Positions 12,761-26,700 of a stretch of DNA of 64,000 bases are shown here, in pieces. Both the position numbers and the translations under genes were made by a program. Each line of letters opens with the position of its first letter. Position 1 is the first letter of the stretch. This DNA comes from Takakia lepidozioides (Eukaryota; Plantae; Bryophyta): NCBI GenBank assembly GCA_030704615.1, contig CM060734.1:59024001-59088000 (forward strand), in the 5' to 3' direction. Below the pieces are notes generated by a model that saw nothing but the letters and a program-made list of their open reading frames with translations, did no database searches and had not been told where the DNA came from.

Positions 12761-15173
12761 CAATCCTGCACAATTGATGTGAGATCAGCACTGCTGGAAT
12801 TATTTCTGCCTGCAACTCGTATTCCAGTTGTCAAGCACAAACACTCAATGCAAGTAATGCTTTCCGACACCGCCTTTTTCTAAAGTGCCAGTACTATATG
12901 GAGGGAGGACACCAATGCACAAGACCGGTAGTTCCCAAATCTGTATAACCCTACAATTTGACATGTTTGTACTTGGTTTGTGGTCTTGCTTCTCAGTGTC
13001 TACAGCATTATGAAAACTTATGGTGCAGTTTTTGTGTTACTGGATATTGGAGAGCATATGTGGTTGTTAGCACCTTTGCTGACCTTTAATCCAGCCCTTC
13101 CTTTAACCTGGCAGTGCTCCAATGTTTTGCCATGGTTTCCTTTTCTCCCGTTTACTCTCCTGTGGAGTCTTAGAATTTTGCTGCCATGTCAACACCGGGT
13201 CTCATTTATGTTTCTCACCCTGTTAGCAGAAAGCCATGAGGGTCTCTAGTCTCTACTTAACAGCAACGAAGCTTCAGTTGCAATGGTAATCGGTGGGACC
13301 TAGAACTTTTGACTGTGTTTGTCTTTTCTATCTCCAGAGATTTGGTCCATAATAACATGATTGAGAAGAAGAAAGTTGTATGCACGATCTGACGTGGTGC
13401 AATGTTGGCTTGACAGGATGTTGAATTTTGGGAGGTTCCTGCTTGCACTGAAGAGTGTTGCAATATTCCTTCCACAAAATGACTTGCAGCCATGATGCTA
13501 GCCATCATAATCATCATCCGCATCCAAGTGAAATAGGTGGGAACTTCAGCCTCCGGCTGAAATGGGCTCTTACCTTGGGAGAAAAACACGCCAAGTGACC
13601 ATGTTTTGTTACACTTAACAGTTTGGAAGCTCCTTCCGTAAACTAAGAATCACAGCATCCATACAAGCCCCCAAGTTAGTACGTGACAGTGACTTTGATA
13701 ACAAAAACATTGGCTAGTTTGTAGGAAACTTCGAAGTTGGTACACCAACAGGATATCTGTGTCAAACTATTCCACTGCATCCTAGCAAATTGAATCACCC
13801 GACTGAGTGAGGGCTGCTGGGCCCGCTGTCAGGGAGTCGTCCCCTCTGCAAAGTGCGAGGCTACAAAAAATGAAGGGGTGTGGATCTTGAGACAAAAACC
13901 TAATTAATGTGGAGAGTACTTGATGTGGTTATCCCACTGAGAAATCCTTTGTATGCGGAGACAGCGGCAGGCTATGGTGGTGCTTTTGAGTGAGAAACAC
14001 ACGCAATAACTAGAGAACTAAAATGTTATCTTAACTTGCTGGAGTAAAACAAATGTCAGCAGATGGAAAATTTAGGAGAATGAGCAAGACTTTGATTGAG
14101 AGAGAAAAGAAGCACTAGTGATTGAAAACATGAAGGAGGAAGAAATGGACGCAGAGTGTAGAAAATGTGATGAGATTATGATGTACAAGACAAGGTAACT
14201 TAAGGTAACCAAGACCAAGGGAAGTTTAGAGCATGCCCATTTGCCAATGGCTTTTTCTTGGTCGGCTTGGCGTTATAACTACAAACCAAAACCAAGGAAA
14301 GTGTGGGATTTTTTCAAGGATCAGCACATTTCTTGGTCTCAGTCCTAAGGCTGAGGCCTTTACACTCATTTTCCTTAGGATATTAATGTTTTCTATGCAT
14401 CTAAGGACCAAAAGTGGGACTAAGAGAAAAACTTCAACTTGGTCCGCTGTTTGTTGGTCTTGGTGCCAAGTGAATATCTTAAGAGGTAAGTTTAGAATCG
14501 AGTGCAGGCCCCTTTCTGTTTGGGTTGTGGGCAGGAGCCGCTTGGTGCCAGCCCCTCCTCGTGCTGCTTTGCTGCCAACGATTGTGTTTGGATTTGGGCC
14601 AGCGTCAAAACTAAGAGTACCTTAATGGGTACCGAGGACGTGGTGGAGGTGGATGAGAAGCGATCAGCGCTCAAGGCTCGGCCACTGGTGGTCAGGTTCC
14701 CCAGACAATTGCCACGGGTGACGCCGCTCAAGCTAGTGTCGGACGAGGGCGAGGAAGCATCGAAGTCTCGGAATTTGTTGCAGGTTTTCCTCTTAAAATT
14801 TACGCAGAACTTTTGCAATTGTAGGCAATGAGTGGAATGGGGTTTTTGTCCGAGATTTTCAAGTTACAATGTATCAAATGAGTACTTGGTTGCACTCCTG
14901 GAGGAAGACGATGACCGTGACAAAGAATCGTGGGATGCTAAGACATGTATGCGCGCGGATTAGCCTGTGCTTTATAAGCAAAATGCGACCTTAGTGATGT
15001 CCTTCATACACCCTCTTGCATATTCAAGAATTCTGTATATGGATTCAATGTAAGTTACTTCTCGCACGGGTTATACTACTAATTTGCTTCGGAATTAGAG
15101 TGATGCGGTCATGGCTTTGTAGTCTTTAAGTTCTGCATGGATGAGCAGCCACACGGGAGCAATTATGGCCAAT

Positions 15174-15217
15174 GACCCTAAAAACCTGAACTCCAAACCC
15201 TAAACTCTACACCCTAA
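15174..15217 (+). repeat. Short degenerate telomere-like (AAACCCT) array
   Basis: accctaa aaacctg aactcca aaccctaa actcta caccctaa: about six imperfect heptamer units. Confidence 0.4.
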
Positions 15218-18200
15218 TTGCGACACAACATCACCTCTTATCCTGAAGTTGGAGTTTTTAATATTTGGTGAGATTCCCACCGTATCATAACTTGATCTCT
15301 ACCTGCAGAAAGCTTCCAACGTTGTTTGTGTCAATATTGGTGAAGTCTGTCCTTTTCTCTCTTTTTTGCGCACCTGGTAACTGGATTGGTATTGAAATCT
15401 CAGGCTGAATTATGTGCCCTGGTGGGCAAACCCTTAAAGACTATAAGATCCTAAACGGACTACGCATCATATGCACTGCTTGCAGGGAGCAACAAATGGA
15501 TGCATCGCTCCTTGCTACCCTCTTCAGGAGATCTCTTTAATCTCTCACCTTATCCTTGTCTGACTTTATTTTTGTCCCTCTTAAACTGACCTCACAAATT
15601 TGGCTGAATGCGTTAGGTGTATCTCATGGGAGGCTACCTTGTAGCCCGTTGGGCCTGGGCTCGATTTCAAGAACGAAGAGCAAGGCGCCGATTTTCTGGC
15701 AGGGATGAAGACTAACCCTAGCATATTAGCATATTTCAAAAGTTCTTTTTAATGTTTGGGCGTGTTTTTATAGCTGATTATTTGCTAGGTTGCTGGTGCT
15801 CTCAGCCTGCATGACCCTCCAGCACTTCAATATAGCATATTAGTATAGACGCTGAGATGTGGGCACCAGTTATGCTTGCCATAACCATAAGGGAAGGAGG
15901 TAGAAATTTTTTGGTGGCCGTCGGTGTCGATCGAGGACTGTACTATTTCAAATGGAAGCTTTCTAGGCTTGTGACAAGTTAGTTGATACTATGAATAATT
16001 TGTTCTGTTTGGGAAGTACTCTTAGCACAAGTATGCTATGTAAGAGTCAGTGGCATCCCATGCAGGAGTCCGATTACTATAGCTGCAACTGATGTGGACC
16101 AGGTGATCCCTTCAACTGAAGGGCATAGTGACACAAAGTGACATCATACTGTGAAATTTCCCAGAAACACTGAAGTCTGTAACCTACCTAGTGTAGCATT
16201 GAGGCCATGGTCTCTGTCCCACAGAGAGATGATCCTATCATCATACATCCTTACCTACTCTCCAGCTATAGCAATTACATAGTAATTGCATTCCTCGTGA
16301 GACTGAGCATGAAGCGCAACTTCCAGCCATAGGAGGAATGTCTATCCGCACTACACTTGCCTGATAGGGCAGGGTCACCAATATATAAACAATCAATTAG
16401 ATCCGGCAAGATTTAATTGAAAATCTGGATGCCTGATAATATCTTTTTGGGGTGTGGAGTCTCTTCTTTTAACTTGCTATTGCTTTGCATTGGGCTCATC
16501 TATTTTATGCCGGGTTGGGCAGAGGTGGCTGGAACGCCTTTATCTTGCCTACCACCCATTTCTAACCATCCTCCTGTTCCACTGTTTGATTTGCTTCAGG
16601 CTGTAGGTTGGGATTTTAGGTTGGGCGCGTGAGACAGTTTGCTTTTTGTAGGGACTTTCGACTCTAAAATGTTTTGGTTTTTAAGAAATTCAGGGATGCA
16701 TCATGATCAGTCCAAAGACAAGAGACTTCGGGGTAGAAGACCATACAAACTCAAAGGCATGCAGGTTTCGGAAAGTTGCCCAATTGTGTATTGGTGCTCC
16801 AAAAAATCCCAGCAACTGCCAGTTCCCTCCCTTGCTCCATGGCTCCGGCTTTGGCATAGCAGTAACCCTCAACGGTGGTAATTGGCCATTCCAAGTTTTG
16901 ACGAATGAAATCACGAATGCAAAATTTAGGATGAGTCGATGAATTTGTGAATGGATGAGTAGGGTGTGCATGGTTGACGAGGATGGTTGTGATGTACGTG
17001 AAGAGCCGGGTGTGGATGGCACATGGAAAAGAGGCTCAGTTGATCGCAGATGTGCTTGCTGTGCTTGCTGTGGAGGTCTTGACGCAAACTGTTGTAAGTT
17101 AAGTTGAGGCAGTGCCGACAAGGGTACTTCACTGTCCAATTTGTGGACATGACGTTGAGGATAGCGAACATTTTCTGCTGGATTCTAAGGGTATTCAGTC
17201 TCCACTTCCGAGCATCACACTCTGTAACTGCAACTCCGTCCTCTTGGTCCAAGAAGCTCCCTGAGACAACTGCGAAAGCTCTGTCCCTCCTTGGGTTTAA
17301 TGGGGTAAATTCTTGTGCATCCACTTGAGAGTATGGTAATGTAGAGGTGTCTGGTCAGCTCCAGTCCGCAACAAGAATGTCTGGTACCAACGCTTTGCAA
17401 CAGATCACTACATCAATGAAATGAGAGCAACGCAAAGTATTGATGTGTTTTTCATCTTTTCTCATTAATAAAAGGACTTCGATGTGCATTTCTAGAACTA
17501 ATCTTCATAAACGGATATCTTCACTCTATCTTATATTTCCATAAGCAGTTTCAGTTTACTTTACAGTGTAGGCTTTAGAAGGCTGTGAATATATATATGT
17601 GAAATGTGGAAGCACAAAACATGAGTTTCAATGCTCTTGAAAGCTAGGTCTTGGAACAATTTAAGTACTTTGTTGCAGGGAGCACTCTAGAACAGGTAAA
17701 TTCCTACATGCACTAACCAGGGCTACTCGCTAACAAGGAATGCAGTATCGCGTGGATATGGCAGGCAAATGAAAGGACTATCTGTTAGTCTCTATATGTG
17801 CAGCCGCTTGATGGGTTTGGGTTGGGCAAGGTGGTGCTTTCAAATCACCCCTATTTTAACGAGAATGTGACAGCATGGACAAGATGGGAGGAGTACAGTG
17901 TGATTCCTGGAGGCGACACAAAGCGTTGAAAGTTGTGGACCCCTCCATTGTACCTATCTCCTATCACTTGAGCTGCTAGCTGATTTGTTTGAAAACTCTA
18001 TGTGCGTCTCTTTCAAGGCTACCTGATCACTGTCTACTTGTCCCAGCAACTCCGATCATTCTCATCTGTCCCCTATTTATAGGTACTAGATAGACCTCCC
18101 TCTGGCTACCTCTTACCTTATGCTACCATCTGTCTTTCTATACCCTTCTTCAATGTCTGTTGAGAAGATGATCAACTGGTAAGCTCTGAAGCACCAAGTA

Positions 18201-18316
18201 CTCCATCTGATTGGGGAGTGGGAATGTACTGTGGGAGAGAGAAAGATTGGAATTACACACTGGCATGCACGGATGGATCAAGTTAATGCAGCTAGTTAGA
18301 GATCTGACAATCCGCG

Positions 18317-18425
18317 GTTGGGGAGACTCATCTTTGTGACTGCAGCTTGAGCCTGAGCAGTGGGTCAAATTGTGGGCCAGCTTGTTAAGCTTGAAGGCTG
18401 CTATGTAGTGGGCACTCAACACAAG
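18317..18425 (+). pseudogene. Fragment of NADP-dependent 2-alkenal reductase (MDR family)
   Basis: Translates as GET(fs)IFVTAA*A*AVGQIVGQLVKLEGCYVVG, matching the family motif GETVFVSAASGAVGQLVGQFAKLxGCYVVG; has stops and a frameshift, followed by a GT donor. Confidence 0.65.
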
Positions 18426-19256
18426 GTATTTCTCAGAGGCGACTTATTTCTTTATGAATCCACCTATGCTAGTTATCCTGCTCTGGTTGTCTTCTCTTCG
18501 AGGTGAACCTCCAGTGAGCTTGGATAGTGGCAGTAATCGACCTAGTGATAATTTGGGCAAGTATGTTCACTTGCTGCCAATCATCAGATCTGTGTTTGGG
18601 CTGAGCTACTTAAAGCTCAATCTTGCAAACTAGTGCCTTGGATCGTTTTTCCTCCGCATGGTGCTTACTTTGCTGGGGGCAATCATGTGCCTCAAGCAGG
18701 ATCAGGCCTATGGTATGCACCGATGAGACTTGGGCTAAAGAGGAGACCGATCTTATTGTGTTGCTCTCAAGAAGTATGTTTCCTGGTGTTGTCATACCTC
18801 CCTTCCTGCCAGATCAAATTTCAAGAAGTGCAAACTGGAATAAAAATGGATTTGAATGCTATGCCTGTAGTTCTCCTCTATAATACCATTGGAAAGTTTT
18901 GGTCCAGAGAGAATCGAAGGAATGACTGAGTACCATGAAGGGTTGGTCTTACTAGCAGGGCCTGGACATGTTCCCATGAATTACCAATGTATTCGTCTGT
19001 GATACGGAAGCGCATTTAGTGGAAGTTTGGTGATTGAGTGTGATGTCTATGGCAGTAGCAAATATTGCCCGCGAGGTTGCATCACTGCAAAATATTTTTG
19101 AGCATCCATGGAGTTCAAAGCATGTGAAGATTGTCAAAATTGTTGCAAATCAGATTGGACTCCACAAACATTTGTATCTACCTAATATTATATGTACATA
19201 ATTAGATTTGACTCGACAGAAACTTGGAAAAACTCAAACTGACGATTCGTGAGCTT

Positions 19257-21473
19257 CTAGTCTACCTCTTCAATCTTGGGACCTGGGCCACTGCCAGTAT
19301 CTGCAGAAGCGCCGAAGCCTCCACCGGGCATGCCTGTACCACCACCATCTCCTTGATACATCTTCGAAATGATCGGATTGCAAAGTCTTTCCAATTCCTT
19401 CATCTTGTCTTCAAATTCCTCCACCTCAGCGAGTTGGTTGTGTTCCAACCACTCTATGGTGTTGTTAATCTCCTTCTCAATCTTCTCTTTGTCAGCACTG
19501 CTTAACTTGCCTGCAATTTTCTCATCTTTAATTGTGTTCCTCATGTTGTAAGCATAATTTTCGAGGGCATTTTTGGCCTCCACCTTCTTCTTGATATCTT
19601 CATCTTCGGCCTTGTACTTCTCTGCATCTCGCACCATCTTTTCAATGTCGTCCTTGCTCAACCTTCCCTTGTCATTTGTGATGGTGATGTTGTTTCTCAC
19701 ACCGGCGGTCTTGTCTTCAGCTGTTACATTCAAGATACCATTGGCATCAATATCAAAGGAGACATTGATTTGTGGCACACCTCTAGGAGCTGGTGGAATC
19801 CCTGATAATTCAAATTTGCCCATGAGATTGTTGTCCACCGTTCTGGCCCTCTCGCCCTCGTAAACCTGAATGAGGACCCCAGGCTGGTTATCTGAATATG
19901 TTGAGAAAACTTGCTCCTTTTTCGTGGGGATGGTAGTATTCCTGGGGATTAATGTGGTCATGACACCACCAGCAGTTTCCAGACCAAGACTGAGAGGAGC
20001 GACATCTAGCAGCAAGAGTTCCTGCACCTTCTCACTCGCCTCTCCAGTCAGAATTGCAGCCTGCACTGCAGCGCCATAGGCTACTGCCTCATCAGGGTTG
20101 ATGCTCTTGCACAGCTCCTTCCCATTAAAGAATTCTTGCAGCATGCTTTGCACCTTGGGAATTCTGGTAGAGCCTCCCACCAACACTACCTCCGCGATAT
20201 CACCTTTGTCCATCTTCGCATCCCTCAAACACTTCTCCAGCGGCTCCATGCATTTTCGAAACAAATCCATGCACAGCTCCTCAAATCTGGCCCTGGTGAT
20301 TGTGGCGTAGAAATCTATGCCTTCGTACAGAGAATCGATTTCAATTGTGGTTTGAGTAGTCGACGACAGCGCTCTTTTCGCCCGCTCGCAAGCTGTTCGC
20401 AGGCGGCGGAGAGCTCTGGCATTTCCACTGATGTCTTTCTTGTACTTCCTCTTGAACTCCTGAACGAAGTGATTCACCAGCCGGTTGTCGAAATCTTGCC
20501 CACCAAGATGCGTGTCTCCCGCTGTGGCCTTCACTTCGAAGATTCCCTCATCAAGAGTCAGTATGGAAACATCGAAGGTTCCTCCGCCAAGATCAAAAAT
20601 GAGAATGTTTTTCTCTCCACTTGCCGCTAGTTTTTTTTCAAGGCCATAGGCGATAGCCGCAGCTGTCGGTTCGTTGATGATGCGGAGAACGGTGAGACCA
20701 GCAATGACACCGGCATCTTTTGTCGCTTGCCTCTGAGAATCATTGAAGTAAGCAGGGACTGTGATCACGGCTTGTTTGAGAGACCTTCCAAGGAAAGCTT
20801 CAGAGATTTCTTTCATCTTCGTCAGAACCATTGAGGAAATCTCCTCAGGAGAAAACTGTTTCTTCTCACCCTTGTATGTTACCTCAATCAGTGGCTTGTC
20901 GTTGGGGCCTTTGACAACCTTAAATGGCCAGTACTTCATATCGGCTTGAACAGCGGGATCACTGTAGCGCCTTCCAATTAAACGTTTTGCATCTGCAAAC
21001 GTACCAAAAAGCTACCTGAGCTTAGATCATGGTAGCTTTACCGACACAGCAGAAAACTCACCTACGGTGATCTAAGTGATTTAAGCATTCACCTTAGATC
21101 ATCGTACTAGGAGTTTAATCGCAAAATCGTCCCGAAGAGCATGTACAAGTTTTCCAACTTGGATCTGATCGCTCGAGGCAGCAAGACAGACTTGTACATA
21201 CAGGTTAATAAAAGTTTAGCGTATGAAAGAAACCAGAAGGGGGAGAACTTAGAACATACCAAAAACCGTATTCTCCGGATTCAGTGCCGCCTGATTATAT
21301 GCAGCGTCACCAACAAGACGCTCTGTGTCGGTAAAAGCCACATATGAGGGGGTGGTCCGGTTCCCCTGGTCATTAGGAACAATCTCCACGCGATCATGTT
21401 GCCACACTCCAACACAGCTGTAGGTCGTCCCAAGATCAATGCCAATCGCAGGTCCCTCTGTCTTCGCAGACAT
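19257..21473 (-). CDS. HSP70: Cytosolic heat shock protein 70 (2 exons: 21473-21260, 20992-19257; 649 aa)
   Basis: [42 protein letters not shown]-terminal GPKIEEVD; 214-nt first exon with a phase-1 intron at the usual plant HSP70 position (VF/DAKR). Confidence 0.97.
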
Positions 21474-21679
21474 CTTTCAGATCCAAAAAAGCTCGAGCGC
21501 TCTCTAATGTAAGGCTTTCAAAGTTCTAGCCTCCTCAACGATGCACTGGATCTTTCAACGCAAAGGTCTCGACAGTAACTCTGCAGCTCACTACGAGGCT
21601 CCTAACCAGCTAAGTTCCAAATCAATCAACTGATGGGACAACTCGCTCTGCACACAAAACAAGCTGCTACGGACATATC

Positions 21680-21772
21680 CACCATATAGGAAGATGAGGC
21701 CCGAATGGCATCTGTAGACTTCTTCAAAGCATTCGAAAGTTCGAATAACGGAGACGTTCTCGACTCTTCCAC
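21680..21772 (-). promoter_or_regulatory. Putative HSP70 promoter: heat-shock-element-like nGAAn arrays and TATA-like box
   Basis: GAAagTTC at 21735-21742 and TTCtcGACtcTTC at 21757-21769; CCTATAT on the minus strand at ~21684-21690, about 210 nt upstream of the ATG. Confidence 0.55.
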
Positions 21773-22002
21773 TCCTCCGGACTAACACTCGTGCTTGTTG
21801 TGCACTGGTGCCATGATTCTCGACAAGCTATATTTCCTTCATCGTCTTCCTCGTCAGCAGGCGCCCATGCAGGCGTGCCTGCCTCCTGCACGTGGAGGTT
21901 CTTCTTCTTTTTGCGAAAAAAAAAAACAAAAACATCAAGGCCAAAATATTTTCAAGAAAAAAGCTATTTAGGAACTCGCTCAACTCTGGATTTAAGGAAA
22001 CT

Positions 22003-22065
22003 TGACAATGCAGGTTTCGAACCTGCGACCTTCGCGTTATTAGCACGGCGCTCTAACCAAAGGCC
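22003..22065 (-). pseudogene. tRNA-Ile(AAU) pseudogene
   Basis: Minus strand GGCCT--TTGGTTAGAGCGCCGTGCT-AAT-AACGCGAAGGTCGCAGGTTCGAAACCTGCATTGTCA: intact anticodon arm and T arm/B box, but ~10 nt missing from the 5' acceptor/D-stem region and a broken acceptor stem. Confidence 0.85.
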
Positions 22066-23718
22066 AGCCGATAGATGGAGGAGGTGCAGACATATTTTAT
22101 CTGCTATATAAGAAAGATATAGAATCAGCAGAATTTGCAGCCTTGCGCTTGTTGGGTAGGATACCGAGCATGTACTGTGGGCAGGTGCGGCCCAGCCTTG
22201 GCACCACTCGTTCTCCTTGTGAAGCTCGCTCCAAGCCGTGATGTGCTTTGCTTTCCTGCTTCAGAAACCTTGCGCATTCTGTGCTCTCCTGCAGATTCCT
22301 ACATCTCACCGACTCCCAGATCTCGAGCGAAATGCAGCAAGCAAAGAGCTGACGACCACATTGTTGGTAATTACATTTGTTAACCTGAATTAAGGTAACT
22401 AAAGACACACAAAAACTGTTCTTTAACTCTTGTTCAGTGTGTTCACTCTTTGCAATGGTTGACACTAAAATATGTTACTGCACGACATACCATGTTTTCT
22501 ATTTACTTCAGCTATTACAGATCAATGCTCTGTGGAAGGCCATAACAAACTGATATGGATTCTCGTGAGTATTATTTGAATGTATTGCAACTCACTAGGA
22601 CGCTTGTGAATCGGAATCATATGTCAGCTGTGTTTTTGTGAGCTAACAAAAATCGATTTCGATCTATGTGCTCATATCCAGATCCTCATATTGCTGGCAC
22701 TGACATCTTACACTTTTAACACCAAACCCAAAATCATGAGCCTCGATCTTCTGGAGATGATTTTCATGGCAGATGGGCAACATAGCCTTCTCACTGTGGC
22801 AGTCAACCTCATTCATACTTCAACTAGGGTTGGGAAGAAATGGATGTTGTTCAATTGGTCTAAGCAGGGAGTAGAGTGTGCCTGGGATTCCTGTTTGTAT
22901 ACAAAGAATAATCCAGACTAAGTAACTGCATATTGTCCAACCTCAATCTAAGAATAATAAGGAGAGTCAAACAAGCACATGATTTGGTACTGTTTAATGT
23001 CAACACAAATCCCAACATGTATATATAATTGAATGAGCATGTGATGTTGCCTCACACGTGAGGTCTTATCATGTCTAACTTTCATATACCCATTTGCAGA
23101 TACTTTTGAGGATGGGTATTTTGTTCACTGGATGCATGAGGACACGCCCTAACAGTGATAGAAGCCATCAACTGAAAAGACAAGACCAATCTCCTACATC
23201 TAGCAACCTGTGCTACTCTTGTAAACCCTGCAGGGCATGTTGTACATAACGTTTCCGATCCTTGCGGTTGTTCGAATTGAGTCTCTGTGCATCATACCCA
23301 CCAGAACTAGCGGTAAGTGGCAGCACGAAACTTGGTTACTACAAATGAGTAAACTACAGATCAATGGCATCACTCTTAATTTCCTGCCAACAGTTTCCCC
23401 TCTCAACCACAGGGATCATTGTCACAAAGCTGTTGTGATCTTGGGTCAAAAGATAAATCATTTCTGTTGCTACTTTTGTTTAGGGGCAAAAACGCCCCAC
23501 AAAGTTATAAGGCTTTTCGAATTGTCATGTCCAGAATGTGCTATGAGTTGAGCCACATGGGCTCAAAGGACAAGCTTCTGTTAATCAAATTAGGAATGAG
23601 TAACTTTTCTTAGGCTTAGGGTGTACGGCAATGCATGCATGGCAGAGTGCTAAACCCCCTTCAATCTCGGCGATCCGTGTAAAGGGTGTTTGGACATTGA
23701 TAAAAGGGGTACCAAATC

Positions 23719-26700
23719 TTAGTCAGGCAGAGGTTCATCGTTAGTGTCGTTGCCTCCCACATCATGGACCTCAGCAGTGCTGATACCATCATCATCCATG
23801 GCCTTTACAATCTTTCTGTTATAGAACTCTTTCACTTTTGCCTTCTCCTGCCATGTATCAAAGCAACAGAAGAAGTTGCTGAGTGCTACTCAAATTAAGG
23901 AGTTTAGACGATGTATTGCAGGAGGGTAGACATGATATATCCTGATGCCCTGGGACTTGAGAGGAACACCTGCCTAGGTCAAGTCAAAAAATCAGAAACA
24001 ATAAGAATTGAACATCTAATGTAGAAACTTTCTGCCACAGGGAAAGGAAATTCCCACTGAAGAAACGGAGAAATAACACAATTAAGAGAGCAAGAGGGAC
24101 AACTAGTGCAGACAGGACGTCGTGCTAAAGAGTCAAAGGTATCTCAACCACAAAGCCTCAGTCATGTGAAGCTGAAGGTCTAGAAGCCCCTTCACTGAAA
24201 CCAACAGTGATTTGACAGGCCCATAAAAAGAAATGGAGAGATTGATCTATTACCACCTACCTTAGTGGCACGAGGAGTTGGAGTAGAGTCTGAGGGTCTG
24301 ACTTTCACGACCAGAGGAGTGAAGGACTCTTCTCTTGACTCCTCTCTCATAATCTCGTCATCACCACTTAGCTTACCGTTGGTTGGATTGGCATCCTCCT
24401 CATCACTGGTTCTTATATTGTTCTCAGAGAAGCCATTCTGTTGCAAAGCTTTCACCGAAGCCCTTCTTTTCTCTTGCAATGCAGCAGTATACTTCCGCTG
24501 ACTAGTTTCACCAGATGCTGTCTCTTCAATATTTGAGAACATATCCTCCTTGCCATCTTTCCTGACTGCTTGTGAGCCCATGGCAGCTGCAAATTGTCAA
24601 CATGCAATGACCCACTCAATTAAAACTGGAAGTCTCAGATAAATGGATGTATAATATATCTCAGTTTCTCCTATGTGTTTCTTGTGAGTAGAAACTCAGA
24701 TTGTGGATAAGGACCCATTTTCTATTCACCCTTCACAGACCTGTCCACTTTCCAATGGGAATATGGAACCTCTTGCCTCCTGACCTTGGAACAATGAAGA
24801 AGATTATAATCCACACTAGCAACAGTAGCCTGTCCCGTTTTGCCACACCTGCTACTGTGAGTCCATGATTTGCCAGGTTACTGGTAATGATTTGCCGCCT
24901 GGGCTCCACATCACTTATAAGATTGATATCAGTGTCCTCGAGCTCAGGGTCCACCCTGCCTTTATTCTCTCCAACCCCCTCGTCCACTAATCTCACCAGT
25001 TTCGCCTGTGCTCTGTACACCATACAAGAGTGTGATGACAAAGGGGAACTACAACGGTGCACAGAGTCAGATAATTTGTGAGGCATCCTGGAAGTTAGCA
25101 GCAAACAAGTATTTTGTGCTGAAGACTGCACAAAAAGAAAGTCTTCCAGCTGATTAAAAGACGAAGCACAATCCTGCCCCTAGAAAGGAATGTGTTTAAG
25201 CTTTACTTCTTCAACTCCTCTTGAGCACGAAAGAACCGTGTGTAGCCTTTCACCAACTTTTTGGTCTTAGATGCCAACCTGCAAGGTCCATCAATAATCT
25301 CACTGTCATCCACACATTCACATCTTATCTTCTGGTATGCAAGAAAAAGTATGTGGCTCTACTTCCAACAACAGAGAAAAAGTAAAACTTGAATTTACGC
25401 TCCTATCCTGAATTTGATAGGAGGATGCTTCATAGAGCTTCTTAAGACACCTTTCGAAAAACAATTCCTACAATAGAGGGAGGGATACTAGAAATTCAAC
25501 AAGAGTAAACATCCCACAACTCCTGCAGCTGGTAAGCTCCATGCTTGGAAAGATTGCAGAGGTGTAAAAAGGAGAAAAGGTGTACCCTTTGCAATCCTCC
25601 TGGGCGTCAGCTAAGTCGGATTCTAGCATTGCAATCTTTTCGGATAACTCTGTAGTCTCCTGCACCTTCTTCTGTAAAGAAAGCTGCAGAGAACAATGGT
25701 TCCAAGATAGAAGAAAGCTGTCAAATTGAGATGGGATTTATTGTATTGGAGTAATGGGTCTTGTCGCCAAATTCTAAGAACCACCAGATTATACTGGGGG
25801 GGAATTCAAAAATGTCCGTATTCAGTAAGTGCCTCTCCTTCTCTACACAACTGGAACATGTTTAATACCATTTAAGCTGACCTGTAAGCAGATTGGCACT
25901 AATGAGGGTTATTTCACAAAGGTTAATTGAATTTCAACATTTAACCGTGGAGTCAGTAAACCTGAACCAAAGCAGAGCCTTTCACCTCAGTGCACTTGGA
26001 GCAGCCTACTGTTATAGAAAACCTCTCACAGGATAGCCACCAGACAGCTTACCTCAAGTTTCACTTTCTCAACCAACAATGCTTTCTTATCAGCCTCGAC
26101 CTGTAGCAACTGCCAACCAGCAAAGCAATGCATAACTGCAGCAGTCAGCATCGGAGAGACTGCTTACTGACCAAGATCTGCTCACACAAGGACTGAACTG
26201 ACAACTAACACGGTCCTGACAAATTCAAGCACTAGGATGAGCTTATAATTTATATTTCTCTGTCCTTTTTTATCTCATTAGCTCTTAGGAAGGACACTTG
26301 CTTCTGTGAACACAGCCTATGACGATTCCTTCATTGGGCTACCCCCTGAGACTTCCAAAAGTAGCGAGTGTGAACTTTTGTGCTGAAGAGTGGCAAAAGA
26401 GCACATTTGAAGTAATTCCATTACAGATTATTCTCTGTAATGCTGTGGGGTGACAATTCCAACCATGCTAAATCTCCAGAATCCATTCAGGTCGCGGTGC
26501 TCGAAGAAAGCATGTCGGAGGTATGCGAGTTTGGCAATACCTCCCTTAAGCTCTCAACATCATGAATTCAAGGTCAGCTGGTGGGGTCAGTTGAATCGCA
26601 TGCCTAATACCAGATACCCTTAATTTCTGTTGTGTACTGTCAATGACTAGCGTAGTGGTTTGATATACTTTCAATAGTATTTTGATTCAACGCTATTTCT

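Noticed and set aside
13800-17400. Several 100-150 aa ORFs (14233, 14492, 16690, 16926)
   Set aside because: No family motifs identified; probably decayed transposon or intergenic sequence.
19224-20949. + strand ORFs overlapping HSP70 (and similar antisense ORFs over the PPR genes)
   Set aside because: Antisense shadows of real coding sequence.
20993-21259. Intronic box C/D snoRNA in the HSP70 intron
   Set aside because: No RUGAUGA box C or CUGA box D pair found on the sense (minus) strand.
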